From positions 14,508 through 78,507 of the forward strand of contig CAVZMS010000079.1 in NCBI GenBank assembly GCA_963776085.1: DNA of 64,000 nt, written 5' to 3'. The notes under the pieces are model-generated. The model made no database searches. It was given only the letters and a program-made list of their open reading frames with translations, and was not told the origin of the DNA. Positions 16,948 to 26,648 of this stretch are shown in pieces. Origin of the DNA: an uncultured delta proteobacterium. GTDB lineage: Bacteria > Desulfobacterota > DSM-4660 > Desulfatiglandales > HGW-15. Both the position numbers and the translations under genes were made by a program. How positions within the stretch are numbered: the stretch's first letter is position 1; the number at the start of each line of letters is the position of its first letter.

Positions 16948-19197
16948 TTAGCGCTCCTCAAGGGCCTCCAGTTCGGCATCGGTATGACGGAGGCGTTTTG
17001 CAATAGCAAGGGCCAGGCGGGCAAAAACCTGGACGCCAAAGACAGGGTCGGCATGGCTCTGTTCGTTTAAACGCGAACGGGAAAGGACATAGAGATCGGT
17101 CGGGACCTTCGCCTCAACGTCTGCCGAACGGATGCTGCCGTCTATAAACGATAGCTCACCGAAAAAGTCTCCCTGGCCAATTGTGGCAAGGTGATATTGC
17201 GTGTCCCCCTTCAGGGGCAGCAGGATCCGGACGCTGCCACGCCGTACAAGGTAGATCTTATCGCCAGGGTCACCCTGGGAGACGACCTTCTGTCCCTGCG
17301 GTACCGACACCTCCATTACACAGGCGGCCAGGCCGCTAAGCGTCTTCTCATCGAACTTTCGAAACAGTTCAAAGTCCTTCAGTTCAAGAGGTTGCGCGCT
17401 ATCTTCCATCGCCATGTTGTAGGCCTCTAAAATACGCTCCTCCATCCATTCCAGTGCGCTGTCGAGTGTCTCAGAGATCATAACGCCGCCTCCCTCCCTG
17501 ACAACACCCATCTGCGCCAGATAGCGCTCGAAGTCACGCTGGTCATGCAGGCCTGACGCCATTCCGGTGAACAAGAGACGTCCGCCGCGTTCCTCCAGCT
17601 GCGCCTGCATCTGTTCGAAGAGGTGGGCCGCGGTGTAGTCCATCGATTGGACCCGACGCATATCGAGGAGAATATAGCGCTTCGTCCTAAGATCGGTCTC
17701 CAGTTGCGTAAAAAGCTGGTCCGTGGTGCCGAAGAAGAGATTGCCCTGGAGTTCACAAAAGATCGCCTCGTCGCCATGCTGTCTAAGGACCTCTCTCTCC
17801 GCCTCAAGACGGCTGGTCTTTGAGGAGACCTGGTCCAGTCCCCTCTTCCGGCGGATGACCGAACCCCTGATCTGATCCCGGATAAACAATAAAATTGCAA
17901 GTGCTATACCAACCCCGGAAGCAGCGATCAGGTCAACGGTGACGGCGACAATGATCACCCCGGCGATCACGGCAAAGTCCAATCGCCCGGCAGGGTAGCG
18001 CAGCAGCCGTAACATGTTCCTCCAGTCAAACATCCGATAGGATATGACCAGCAGGATGCCTGCCAGTGCGCCGATTGGGACCCAGGCAACAAGTCGGCCC
18101 AGCAAGAGAAGGGTCATGACCACGAGTACGCCCTCAATCACGCCCGAACGAGGCGTTCGGCCGCCGCTGGTCACATTAACAAGGGTGGGACCCATTGTTC
18201 CGGCGCCCGGTATACCGCCGGCCATGAATGATACAAAGTTTCCGATCCCCTGACCCATAAGCTCGCGATCCGACTTGTGCCTGCTGCGTGTCAGGGCGTC
18301 GAGCACTACGCAGGTCTTCAATGTATCGATTGATAGCAGCACTGAAAGGGTAAGGGCAGGGATGAGGATGATCTGGATGGATATAAGGTCCACGGAAAGA
18401 AGGGATGTCACCCGACCCGTAACTGCCTCAAAAAAAGAGCCGGAGGTATGGATCGGCCCGATGATGAAGGGATTACCCTGCAGCTCCAGCAGCCCCGAAG
18501 AAAAAGAGGCAAGAACGAAATAGGCGAGAATCCCGCCCAAAAGGCCAAGGATGGGGGCAGGCACCTTTCTGGTAATCCTGGGTGTTGTTATCATTACCGC
18601 TATGGTGACAAGTCCGATGACTAGCCCCTGCCATTTCCATAGTTCCGGTGAGATCAACCCTTGGATAAGCGGTGTCCCTGTCGGCAGACCGAACAGTTTT
18701 GGGAGCTGGCCGAGGGCGATGATGACCCCGACCCCGGATAGATAGCCGCTAACTACCGGGTAAGGGACAAACTTGATCAATCGGCCTCCGCCTATGGCCC
18801 CGTAGAAGACCTGAAGCCCGGCTGAAAATAAAGCGGTCAGGGCCATCAAAGGAGGATATCAGCCGGATTGATACCCATTGGCACCTTCCAGCAAGAAGAC
18901 CGGCCACTAATGCGGACAGGACCGCTGCCGCCGGCGCGCAGGGGGCCGATATAAGTCCTCCTGTCCTTCCGAAAAGCGGTGCAATGAGGCCGAGTGCGGC
19001 CGCGCCAATGATCCCGGCCAAGGCCCCCTGCCCACATACTCGTTCCCCATGGCGGAGTATACGAGGACACCGAAGGCTATTGAGGATGGCAGCGCTACAA
19101 GCATGGCAGCCAGCCCGCCCCATAGATCATCGACCCATGATGATGTTATATGTTCAACCTGGGCAGTTTGATCGCTCATAAACGCATATCTCTCCAT
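16948..19197 (-). pseudogene. SulP-family anion transporter with C-terminal STAS and cyclic-nucleotide-binding domains, two N-terminal frameshifts
   Basis: Three frames: 19197-19020, 19123-18860 and 18849-16948. The SulP TM core is followed by STAS (..ILLDMRRVQSMDYTA..) and cNMP-binding (GDFFGELSFIDGSIRSADV) domains. The gene is visibly GC-richer than the flanking FHA/GAF genes. Confidence 0.85.
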
Positions 19198-19287
19198 TTA
19201 TTACAGAATACACTAATACAATCTTTTTTGGAATCCTGATAATAAATCTTTGAACTTTAGAATATTGAAGTTTATTCTTCTCTTCGA

Positions 19288-19330
19288 AATTCATCATTCA
19301 ATATTGGAAATTCAACATTCAATCCAATCC
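19288..19330. repeat. short ATTCAAN heptamer-periodic block
   Basis: attcatc attcaat attggaa attcaac attcaat ccaatcc. The reverse complement resembles 5418-5450 and the interior of LHR copy 7. Confidence 0.5.
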
Positions 19331-19493
19331 TTCTTCGCCATGCGTTCTGCCTCAATATACCAGTAAAGCAACACAGATGGAAGTGAATTTGAAAAATCAT
19401 ATCAAATTAAAATTAGAGTCTTCATATTCAGGATGGTGATCCGAAAATCGTTTAAATTTTAAAGAGTTATAAACATACATAAGAAAATTAGGG

Positions 19494-19523
19494 TTGACAT
19501 TACACCCTACTGTGATCTATTAT
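19494..19523 (+). promoter_or_regulatory. candidate sigma70-type promoter upstream of ppk1
   Basis: TTGACA (19494-19499), an 18-nt spacer, then TATTAT (19518-19523), about 190 nt upstream of the ppk1 ATG. Confidence 0.45.
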
Positions 19524-19715
19524 TTCAAAAAATTGCTGGGAAATATTTGATTTCACATCTGATTACAGCCCTGAACTCAATTCGGAATCCGTATTATTCG
19601 ATAAATCAGTATTTAATTAGTGAACTATTATCAATTCAATATTTCCCATTCCCCATTGAGTCAGTTCATTAACATGAGTCCCATTATCTGCATTGAACGG
19701 AGGATAAATGGATTT

Positions 19716-21857
19716 ATGGAAAAAGGAACCGCATCCGCGCTAAAAGAGGGAGAAATCAAACGTAATTCCCCAGATATCCTCATCAATCGCGAGTTAAGTT
19801 GGCTCAACTTCGCACGCCGCGTCCTTGCCCTGGTAGAAGACCCTAACGTCCCCCTGCTTGAGCGTGTCAAATTTGCCGGTATTATGGGCACACTATATGA
19901 TGAGTTTGCAATGAAACGTATCGGCGGGCTCAAGCGTGGGATTAAGAAAAAGAAACTATCCCACGGCGGACTGACGCCTACGGAGGAACTGCGCGCGTGC
20001 CAGAATGAATTGCACAGACAGGCTGTCCTTGTTTCCCGTCTGGTGCGTGATAAACTCCGGCCTGCTTTGGCGGAGGCAGGGATCCCTATTTTGGAATATA
20101 AGGATCTTAACAAGACCCAACGCGCACAGATGAAGCGATATTTCCGTAAATCAGTGGAGCCTATTCTTACGCCGTTAGCCGTGGACGTTTCGCATCCCTT
20201 CCCCTTAATCAGCAACCTCGGGATAAACATCGCGGTCATCGTGACGGAAAAGAAGAAAAAACGCAATCGTTTCGTGCGTATTAAAGTGCCGACAAACCGC
20301 CCTAGGTGGATTCCTATTCCCGAAAGTTCCGGTTATGTACCTTTAGAGCAGGTGATCGCATCCAACCTCAAAGTGATATTTCCCAAGGCCTCCCGAGTGA
20401 AGTATTATTTCTTCCGCTTAAACCGCGTGGTCGATGATAATCCATGGGCTCAAAGTATTCTGGATGATCCTGAAGCCGATCTTGCGCCAGGATCCCTCAT
20501 CGGTATGGTAACAAACGATCTGACGGCCCGAAAATTTGCCGGCGTGGTACGTCTCCAGGTTAGCTCAGGAATGCCTAAAAAGTTACAACGCTGGCTCGCA
20601 AAGCAGCTTAATGCCGACATAGAGGATCTTGAACAAACGGATGGCCTGTTGGGTCTTGTGGACCTGACGAAATTTCAAGTAGAGGGTCACCCGGAACTGC
20701 GCGATCCACCTCATGAACCCGTGACCCATCCTCGTCTGCGCCGTTTAGACCCCGACAATCCCTCAGAGATATTCGCTGAGATCTGTCGGGGCGATATCCT
20801 GCTTCATCATCCTTACCACAGCTTTGACACTTCCGTATTGCGTTTTCTGCAGTGCGCCGCAGTTGATCCTCAGGTGCTTGCCATCAAACTTACTATTTAT
20901 CGCACCAGCAGCCAATCTCCGATCATCCAGGCGCTGGTTGAAGCGGCTCGCCATGGCAAGCAAGTGGCAGTGCTGGTAGAGATAACCGCGCGCTTCGATG
21001 AAGAGCCCAACGTAGCATGGGGCAAATTATTGGAGAGGGAGGGGGTGCACGTCGCCTATGGTGTTGAGCGGCTAAAGACCCATGTAAAATTGGCCCTTGT
21101 CGTCCGCGAGGAAGAGGATGGTATTCGCCGCTATGTCCATGTAGGAACAGGCAATTATCACACAGTTACCGCCCGACTTTATGAAGACCTGGGCATCCTA
21201 AGCTGCGATCCGGAACTAGGCGCTGATGTCGCGACCCTATTTAATGAACTAACCGGTGCCATATCTTCTCCAGACTACAATAAGTTGATGGTGGCCCCAC
21301 ACAATATGTACGATCGATTCATCAGCTTAATCCACCGAGAGATCCAACATTGCCAAGAAGGGCGCCCTTCAGGGATTCGCGCCAAGATGAATCAGCTCCA
21401 GGACGAGCGCATCATTGGCGAACTCTATCGCGCCAGCCAGGCGGGCGTGCCGATCAGCCTCAATGTACGAGGGTTGTGCTGCCTGCGTGCAGGGGTCCCA
21501 GGGCTTTCTGAGAACATCCGCATCTTCAGCACACTCGGCCGTTTCCTGGAACACGGCCGTATATATCGCTTTGAAAATGGCGGTGAACCGGAATTCTTCA
21601 TAGGTTCGGCCGACTGGATGCGTCGCAACCTTGACCGTCGTATGGAAAGCATCATGCCCGTTACAGATCCCAAGATAAAACAGGAGTTGGAGGAGATCCT
21701 GCGCGTATTAGAGAACGACAACTATTCGGCCTGGGATATGCAGCCTGACGGCAGTTATGTGCTTCGGCATCCGCAGGAAGGCGAGGAATGTCGCGCCGCT
21801 CAAAAAGTGTTCATTGACCTTGCCAACAGGAAATCGCGGGGAAGGGGCAAGGCCTAA
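19716..21857 (+). CDS. ppk1: polyphosphate kinase 1
   Basis: The pattern NRELSWLNFARRVL.. and the two PLD-like C-terminal domains are typical of PPK1. I prefer ATG 19716 (GGAGGA upstream) over the ORF-track start at 19620. Confidence 0.92.
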   Translation: MEKGTASALKEGEIKRNSPDILINRELSWLNFARRVLALVEDPNVPLLERVKFAGIMGTLYDEFAMKRIGGLKRGIKKKKLSHGGLTPTEELRACQNELHRQAVLVSRLVRDKLRPALAEAGIPILEYKDLNKTQRAQMKRYFRKSVEPILTPLAVDVSHPFPLISNLGINIAVIVTEKKKKRNRFVRIKVPTNRPRWIPIPESSGYVPLEQVIASNLKVIFPKASRVKYYFFRLNRVVDDNPWAQSILDDPEADLAPGSLIGMVTNDLTARKFAGVVRLQVSSGMPKKLQRWLAKQLNADIEDLEQTDGLLGLVDLTKFQVEGHPELRDPPHEPVTHPRLRRLDPDNPSEIFAEICRGDILLHHPYHSFDTSVLRFLQCAAVDPQVLAIKLTIYRTSSQSPIIQALVEAARHGKQVAVLVEITARFDEEPNVAWGKLLEREGVHVAYGVERLKTHVKLALVVREEEDGIRRYVHVGTGNYHTVTARLYEDLGILSCDPELGADVATLFNELTGAISSPDYNKLMVAPHNMYDRFISLIHREIQHCQEGRPSGIRAKMNQLQDERIIGELYRASQAGVPISLNVRGLCCLRAGVPGLSENIRIFSTLGRFLEHGRIYRFENGGEPEFFIGSADWMRRNLDRRMESIMPVTDPKIKQELEEILRVLENDNYSAWDMQPDGSYVLRHPQEGEECRAAQKVFIDLANRKSRGRGKA

Positions 21858-21909
21858 CGAGTTAATTTTATACAGGCCGTCATGAACGGAATCTAATAAA
21901 AATCAAATC

Positions 21910-23494
21910 ATGCTCAAGAATATTAAATTCAATCTGCCAAGCGGATATGATCTCCAGCAATTAATCACCGGATTGGCCGATCAATATGCGATCAAAAAAG
22001 AGCCAGATCATGCTGCAATCGTCAGATTTTATGATACGTTTGACTGGCGATTATTCAACAAATCACTTGTTTTGTACACGTCCGGTGACAAGTTGTGCTT
22101 ACGCAAACTAACTAATTACGAAATTTTACACAGCGTTGAAATCACATCTCCACCCGTATTTATATGGGAGTTTCCAGATAGTGAATTAAAAAAACAACTG
22201 GCACCGATAATAGAAGTTCGGGCACTTTTAAAGCTTGTTGAGTTACGATCCCGAGCGACGCCTTATCGTATTTTAAACCAGGATGAAAAAACAGTCCTGC
22301 GATTGGCCTATGAAGAAATTCGATCCTCTCGTGATAAGAACGCCCCATCGCTGATGACTCATTTATGGCTGCAACCAGTTAAGGGATACCCCAAATATTC
22401 TCGAGAGGTAGCCAAACGATTCGAAGAAGCAGGGCTCACAATGAATAAAGAAGATGATATATATTTTAAAGGACTGGAGGCTGTTGATAGAAAACCGGGT
22501 AGTTATTCTGCAAAAATTGACATTCAACTCGATCCTGATATGCGCGCTGATAATGCAACCAGATCCATCTTGCGATTTTTATTGCGCATAATACGGATAA
22601 ACGAAACCAAGATTGAAAAGGACATTGATACGGAATTCGTTCATGATTTCCGTGTGGCTATTCGCAGAACCCACTCGGCGTTAGGCCAGATCAAATACGT
22701 CTTCCCGTCGAACATTACAAATCGTTTTAAAAAAAATTTTGCTTTTGTGGCCAACCTCTCCAATGAGTTAAGGGATCTGGATGTCTACCTTCTCAATAAG
22801 GATAAATACAAAACAAAGCTTCCACCTTTATTGCGTGACGACATTGATCCACTTTTTGACTATCTAAAGAAGAAACGATCAAAGGCGTTACAGAAACTCG
22901 TTCGCGGATTAAAGTCTAAAAAATATGCAAAGATTTTAAACGACTGGGAGGCATTTTTAAATAAACCGCAACCGGCTTCTGCAACTCAATCAAATGCTGC
23001 AGTCCACATAATTGATCTGGCACGCAAAAGAATTTATAAGAAATACCAAAGCGTTGTAAAGGCCGGCAACCTGATAAGCGAGAACACTGATGACAAGATG
23101 CTGCATGTTCTAAGAATTCATTGTAAAAAATTACGATATTTGATGGAGTTTTTCTCCGGTCTGTTTCCCTTCAAAAAGATTGACGCCTTGATTATGCAAT
23201 TAAAGAAATTACAGGACAACTTAGGGGTTTTTAACGATCTCCGTGTTCAGGAAGAACAGCTTTTGAACGATCACCAAGGAATTGCCTGTGATTAAGGGGC
23301 AGTCGGATAAAACACTTATGGCAATTGGGAGCCTTGTTGGAACCTTGGGCAGAGAAAGAAAGACAGTAAAAGATGTCTTTGCCAAGACCTTTATGGATTT
23401 CGCATCCCCGGCAAATAAAGAGTTATTCCAGGAACTTTTCGCCTCACAAACATCCAGGGTGTCTCATGACAATATTGGCCGTATACAGCAATAA
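21910..23494 (+). pseudogene. CYTH-like / CHAD two-domain protein, one frameshift near 23280
   Basis: The N-terminal ~190 aa have the CYTH-type FYDTFDWRL motif but no EXEXK. CHAD helices follow (VHDFRVAIRRTHSAL, LHVLRIHCKKLRYLMEFF). The last ~70 aa continue in another frame (23282-23494). Confidence 0.75.
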
Positions 23495-24212
23495 AGGCGG
23501 TGTTGGAAAGACCGCAGCAGCGGTGAATCTGTCCTATCTGGCATCACAGACAGGCGCTAAAACCCTCCTCTGCGATCTGGATCCTCAAGGTTCCGCAACC
23601 TATTATTTTCGGATAAAACCCAAACTTAGGTCCGGGGCAAAGGGATTGATTAAAGGAGGCAGGCAGGTTTATAAAAATGTTAAAGGCACAGATTATGAGA
23701 AACTGGATCTGCTGCCTGCGGATTTCTCCCTCCGCAATCTGGATATAACGTTTAATAAATTGAGGCGTTCAAAAAAAAGGCTGAGGAAAATCTTAACCCC
23801 GTTTAAGGGTGAATATGACCTTATCGTGCTGGACTGTCCGGTTACCATCAGCATCCTAGCTGAAAACATATTCAATGCCGTGGACTATATCCTTGTCCCC
23901 ATGATTCCAACAACGCTCTCCGTGCGCACCCATAGACAATTATTATCTTTCTGCAAAAAGAAAGGCTATAATACCAAAAAAATCTACACCTTTTTTTCAA
24001 TGGTCGATATGCACAAGAAGATGCACAAGGAACTTATGGCAACAGCATCAACGACGTTTGACAATGTCTTAGAAAACCTTATTCCTTATCTGGCACAGAT
24101 CGAAAACATGGGAATTCACCGCGAGCCGGTCGCAGTCTTCTCGCCAGCATCAACGGCTTCAAAGGCATATCAAGACCTATGGGACAGAGTTCAAAAAATT
24201 ATACTCTCTTAA
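23466..24212 (+). CDS. ParA/MinD-family P-loop ATPase (orphan, no ParB partner)
   Basis: 249 aa starting MTILAVYSNKGGVGKTAAAVNLS (deviant Walker A with signature Lys), Walker B LIVLDCP. It overlaps the CHAD gene 3' end by 29 nt. Confidence 0.85.
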   Translation: MTILAVYSNKGGVGKTAAAVNLSYLASQTGAKTLLCDLDPQGSATYYFRIKPKLRSGAKGLIKGGRQVYKNVKGTDYEKLDLLPADFSLRNLDITFNKLRRSKKRLRKILTPFKGEYDLIVLDCPVTISILAENIFNAVDYILVPMIPTTLSVRTHRQLLSFCKKKGYNTKKIYTFFSMVDMHKKMHKELMATASTTFDNVLENLIPYLAQIENMGIHREPVAVFSPASTASKAYQDLWDRVQKIILS

Positions 24213-24243
24213 AAAGTTCAAGACATCATATTATGAGGATGCT

Positions 24244-24702
24244 ATGGCCAAGGAGATCGAAAGGAAATTCCTGTTAAAGGGAGGCTTCTGGCCACATGAA
24301 ACTGTAATGAGATGTCGCCAGGGTTTTTTAAACAGCTTTAAAGAGAGGACTGTGCGTGTGCGCACCATAGGCGATAAAGGTTACTTGACCGTAAAGGGAA
24401 TTGCGGTTGGGGCATCCCGCATGGAATTTGAATATGAAATACCCTACCAAGACGCCATTACACTACTGGACATCTGTGAAAAACCCCTGATTGAGAAAAA
24501 CCGTTATAGTGTAAAGGAAGGAGATCTTATCTGGGAAATTGACGAATTCTTCGGAGAAAACCAGGGATTAATCATTGCCGAAGTGGAATTGGAGAGCGAA
24601 GATCAAGAGTTCCCCAAACCGGATTGGGTTGGGGAGGAGGTAACCGGAGACCCTCGCTATTTCAATGCCAACCTGATTAAAAATCCCTATACAAAGTGGT
24701 AG
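24244..24702 (+). CDS. CYTH-domain triphosphate tunnel metalloenzyme
   Basis: 152 aa with N-terminal EIERKFLL (EXEXK motif) and typical CYTH strand pattern (RVRTIGDKGYLTVKG.., EFEYEIP). Confidence 0.85.
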   Translation: MAKEIERKFLLKGGFWPHETVMRCRQGFLNSFKERTVRVRTIGDKGYLTVKGIAVGASRMEFEYEIPYQDAITLLDICEKPLIEKNRYSVKEGDLIWEIDEFFGENQGLIIAEVELESEDQEFPKPDWVGEEVTGDPRYFNANLIKNPYTKW

Positions 24703-24714
24703 AGGAAATAAATC

Positions 24715-25212
24715 ATGAAAATCCTTTATCTGGTCAGACATGCCAAATCAAGCTGGAAATATACCGAGCTGGACGATTTTGAGAGACCCCTAAACAGGCG
24801 TGGCAGAGAGAGTCTTATTTTAATGGGGGAATTTCTGAAAAAAGTTGAGGTGGCGCCGGACCTGATAATATCCAGCCCGGCAACAAGGGCTGCCATGACT
24901 GCAAGGATTATTGCCGATACGATCAATTACCCTCTCGAAAAAATTCTATATAACGAAACAATTTATTTATCCGATGAAGATGTCTTACTCCATGTTATTC
25001 AAGATATAAACGATGACGTGAAAAAGGCGATGTTAATCGGGCATAACCCGGCATTGACTGATTTAGGCAACTATATAAGTGACCAACGGATCAGTAATAT
25101 CCCTACCAGTGGCATATTTTGCTTGGAATTCAACATTTCATCATGGCTAAAGATTGGCGAGCGCTGCGGCAGATTGAAATTCTTTGAGTTTCCTAGGAGG
25201 CACGCTACATGA
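24715..25212 (+). CDS. SixA-type histidine phosphatase
   Basis: 165 aa with N-terminal LYLVRHAKS (RHG/RHA catalytic motif) and GHNP near residue 110. Confidence 0.8.
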   Translation: MKILYLVRHAKSSWKYTELDDFERPLNRRGRESLILMGEFLKKVEVAPDLIISSPATRAAMTARIIADTINYPLEKILYNETIYLSDEDVLLHVIQDINDDVKKAMLIGHNPALTDLGNYISDQRISNIPTSGIFCLEFNISSWLKIGERCGRLKFFEFPRRHAT

Positions 25213-25224
25213 TTTCCGCTGCAT

Positions 25225-25947
25225 TCAATTCAATTTTTTTCCCGCCCTGAACATCTTCACATAAATATCAGGAAGGTGGTGCTTTTTCAGCCCCCTAACT
25301 ACCTCTTCCACCGGATAGGGAATTCGAAAATGTTCCACGATTATATTTTTTGATGAAAGCTTAAGAACTGCAAAAGATGCCCGTGGATCCCCATCAAACA
25401 TGCGCCCTGCACTGCCGGGATTGATGAAATGAACTCCATCGACGATTTTATAATAGGGCACATGAGAATTGCCCATGATGTGAATCTGATAAGGAGAGGA
25501 TTTTGATAGTCGACGGAAACGGCTTTCAGGAGAAAAGGGGAACAGCAACTCATCCGGATCATCAATTGTCCCATGAAATACCCCGATGCGGATATGGCCT
25601 ATGATAAGATTCGTCTGTTTGGGTAAAGAGTTCAGATATGATCTATTCTCAGGAAGCAAGATGTCGGATGTCCAAAAATACATCACCCGCTTTTCTTCTT
25701 TTTTCGGGGTCTTTAACTTCTTGCCCTTTAAAATCCTTAGAACCAGCCGATCAGTATTCCCTAATATGCTGATGCTTTTCCCCTTCTCACGAAACCATTG
25801 GATCGTTTCATTGGGGAAAGTACTATAAACCGTGAAATCCCCCGTGTTAATAATCCAATCAAATCCGGCAGGCTTGATGTACTTCTCTATCGCTTTTAAG
25901 GCCGGATAATTTGCGTGAATATCGCCTAGTAAAAGTATTTTCTTCAC
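25225..25947 (-). CDS. metallophosphoesterase (calcineurin-like, YfcE/MJ0936-like)
   Basis: 240 aa with motifs LLGDIHAN, NTGDF, GNTD, HGT and GNSH. Confidence 0.8.
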   Translation of the reverse strand: MKKILLLGDIHANYPALKAIEKYIKPAGFDWIINTGDFTVYSTFPNETIQWFREKGKSISILGNTDRLVLRILKGKKLKTPKKEEKRVMYFWTSDILLPENRSYLNSLPKQTNLIIGHIRIGVFHGTIDDPDELLFPFSPESRFRRLSKSSPYQIHIMGNSHVPYYKIVDGVHFINPGSAGRMFDGDPRASFAVLKLSSKNIIVEHFRIPYPVEEVVRGLKKHHLPDIYVKMFRAGKKLN

Positions 25948-25953
25948 AACAGA

Positions 25954-26529
25954 TCAGGAGCTGGTTTTTTTGAGTATTTTAGAAAACGACTGTAGTTTCC
26001 GGGATAATTTTTTACATTTTCGCCTTTTTGGTTTTTTCCCCAAATCTTTCAACATTGCATTCAAGGCATAGGCCTTTTTGACTATATTTTTCGAATCCTT
26101 CTTGGAAAGCGTTTTATCTGTTTGATCCAATCCATCAAGCCGTTTCATGAGGGTTTTGGCCCTTTTTTTAAAATCGATATATAATTCATGATACTTCTTT
26201 TTTCCCAAGGACTTTAGATCTTCACTTGCCCGTTTTAAACTCCTTTTAAGAACCCTGATCTGTTTTTTTAAATCCTGCTTGACCTCAATACCCTTCTTCT
26301 CTCCGCCTGATACGGTATCCGGGGCTGTTTTCTCAGGTTTTTCCCCATAAGATTCACTAACGGCATCCTTTATCAATTTTGCATAATATCCGCCAATGGT
26401 TTCTATCTGGGCCAGTTTATCCAGTGGCGTTTCATAAAGCTGTTTAATGGTTGTGATCCCCAAATTATTGAGCGATTTCATACGTGAAGCACCGATATAT
26501 TTCACCTGAGTAAGATCGTCCGTCTTCAT
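25954..26529 (-). CDS. helix-hairpin-helix domain protein with long Lys/Arg-rich helical tail
   Basis: Start at MKTDDL (GGAGG SD). The N-terminus (VKYIGASRMKSLNNLGITTIKQL) is HhH-like. The C-terminal ~110 aa are extremely basic (KKQIRVLKRSLKRA.., KKPKRRKCKKLSRKL). I recognise no family. Confidence 0.6.
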   Translation of the reverse strand: MKTDDLTQVKYIGASRMKSLNNLGITTIKQLYETPLDKLAQIETIGGYYAKLIKDAVSESYGEKPEKTAPDTVSGGEKKGIEVKQDLKKQIRVLKRSLKRASEDLKSLGKKKYHELYIDFKKRAKTLMKRLDGLDQTDKTLSKKDSKNIVKKAYALNAMLKDLGKKPKRRKCKKLSRKLQSFSKILKKTSS

Positions 26530-26648
26530 AATTACCTCCTTGTGTAATGGCCGCATCCCGTAGCCGTTTTTAAAACGCCTTAGATTCTGCCAGGTCCTAT
26601 ATTATTAAAGACCGTTAGGTCCCTAATTCCATACACCCTAAATCGATA

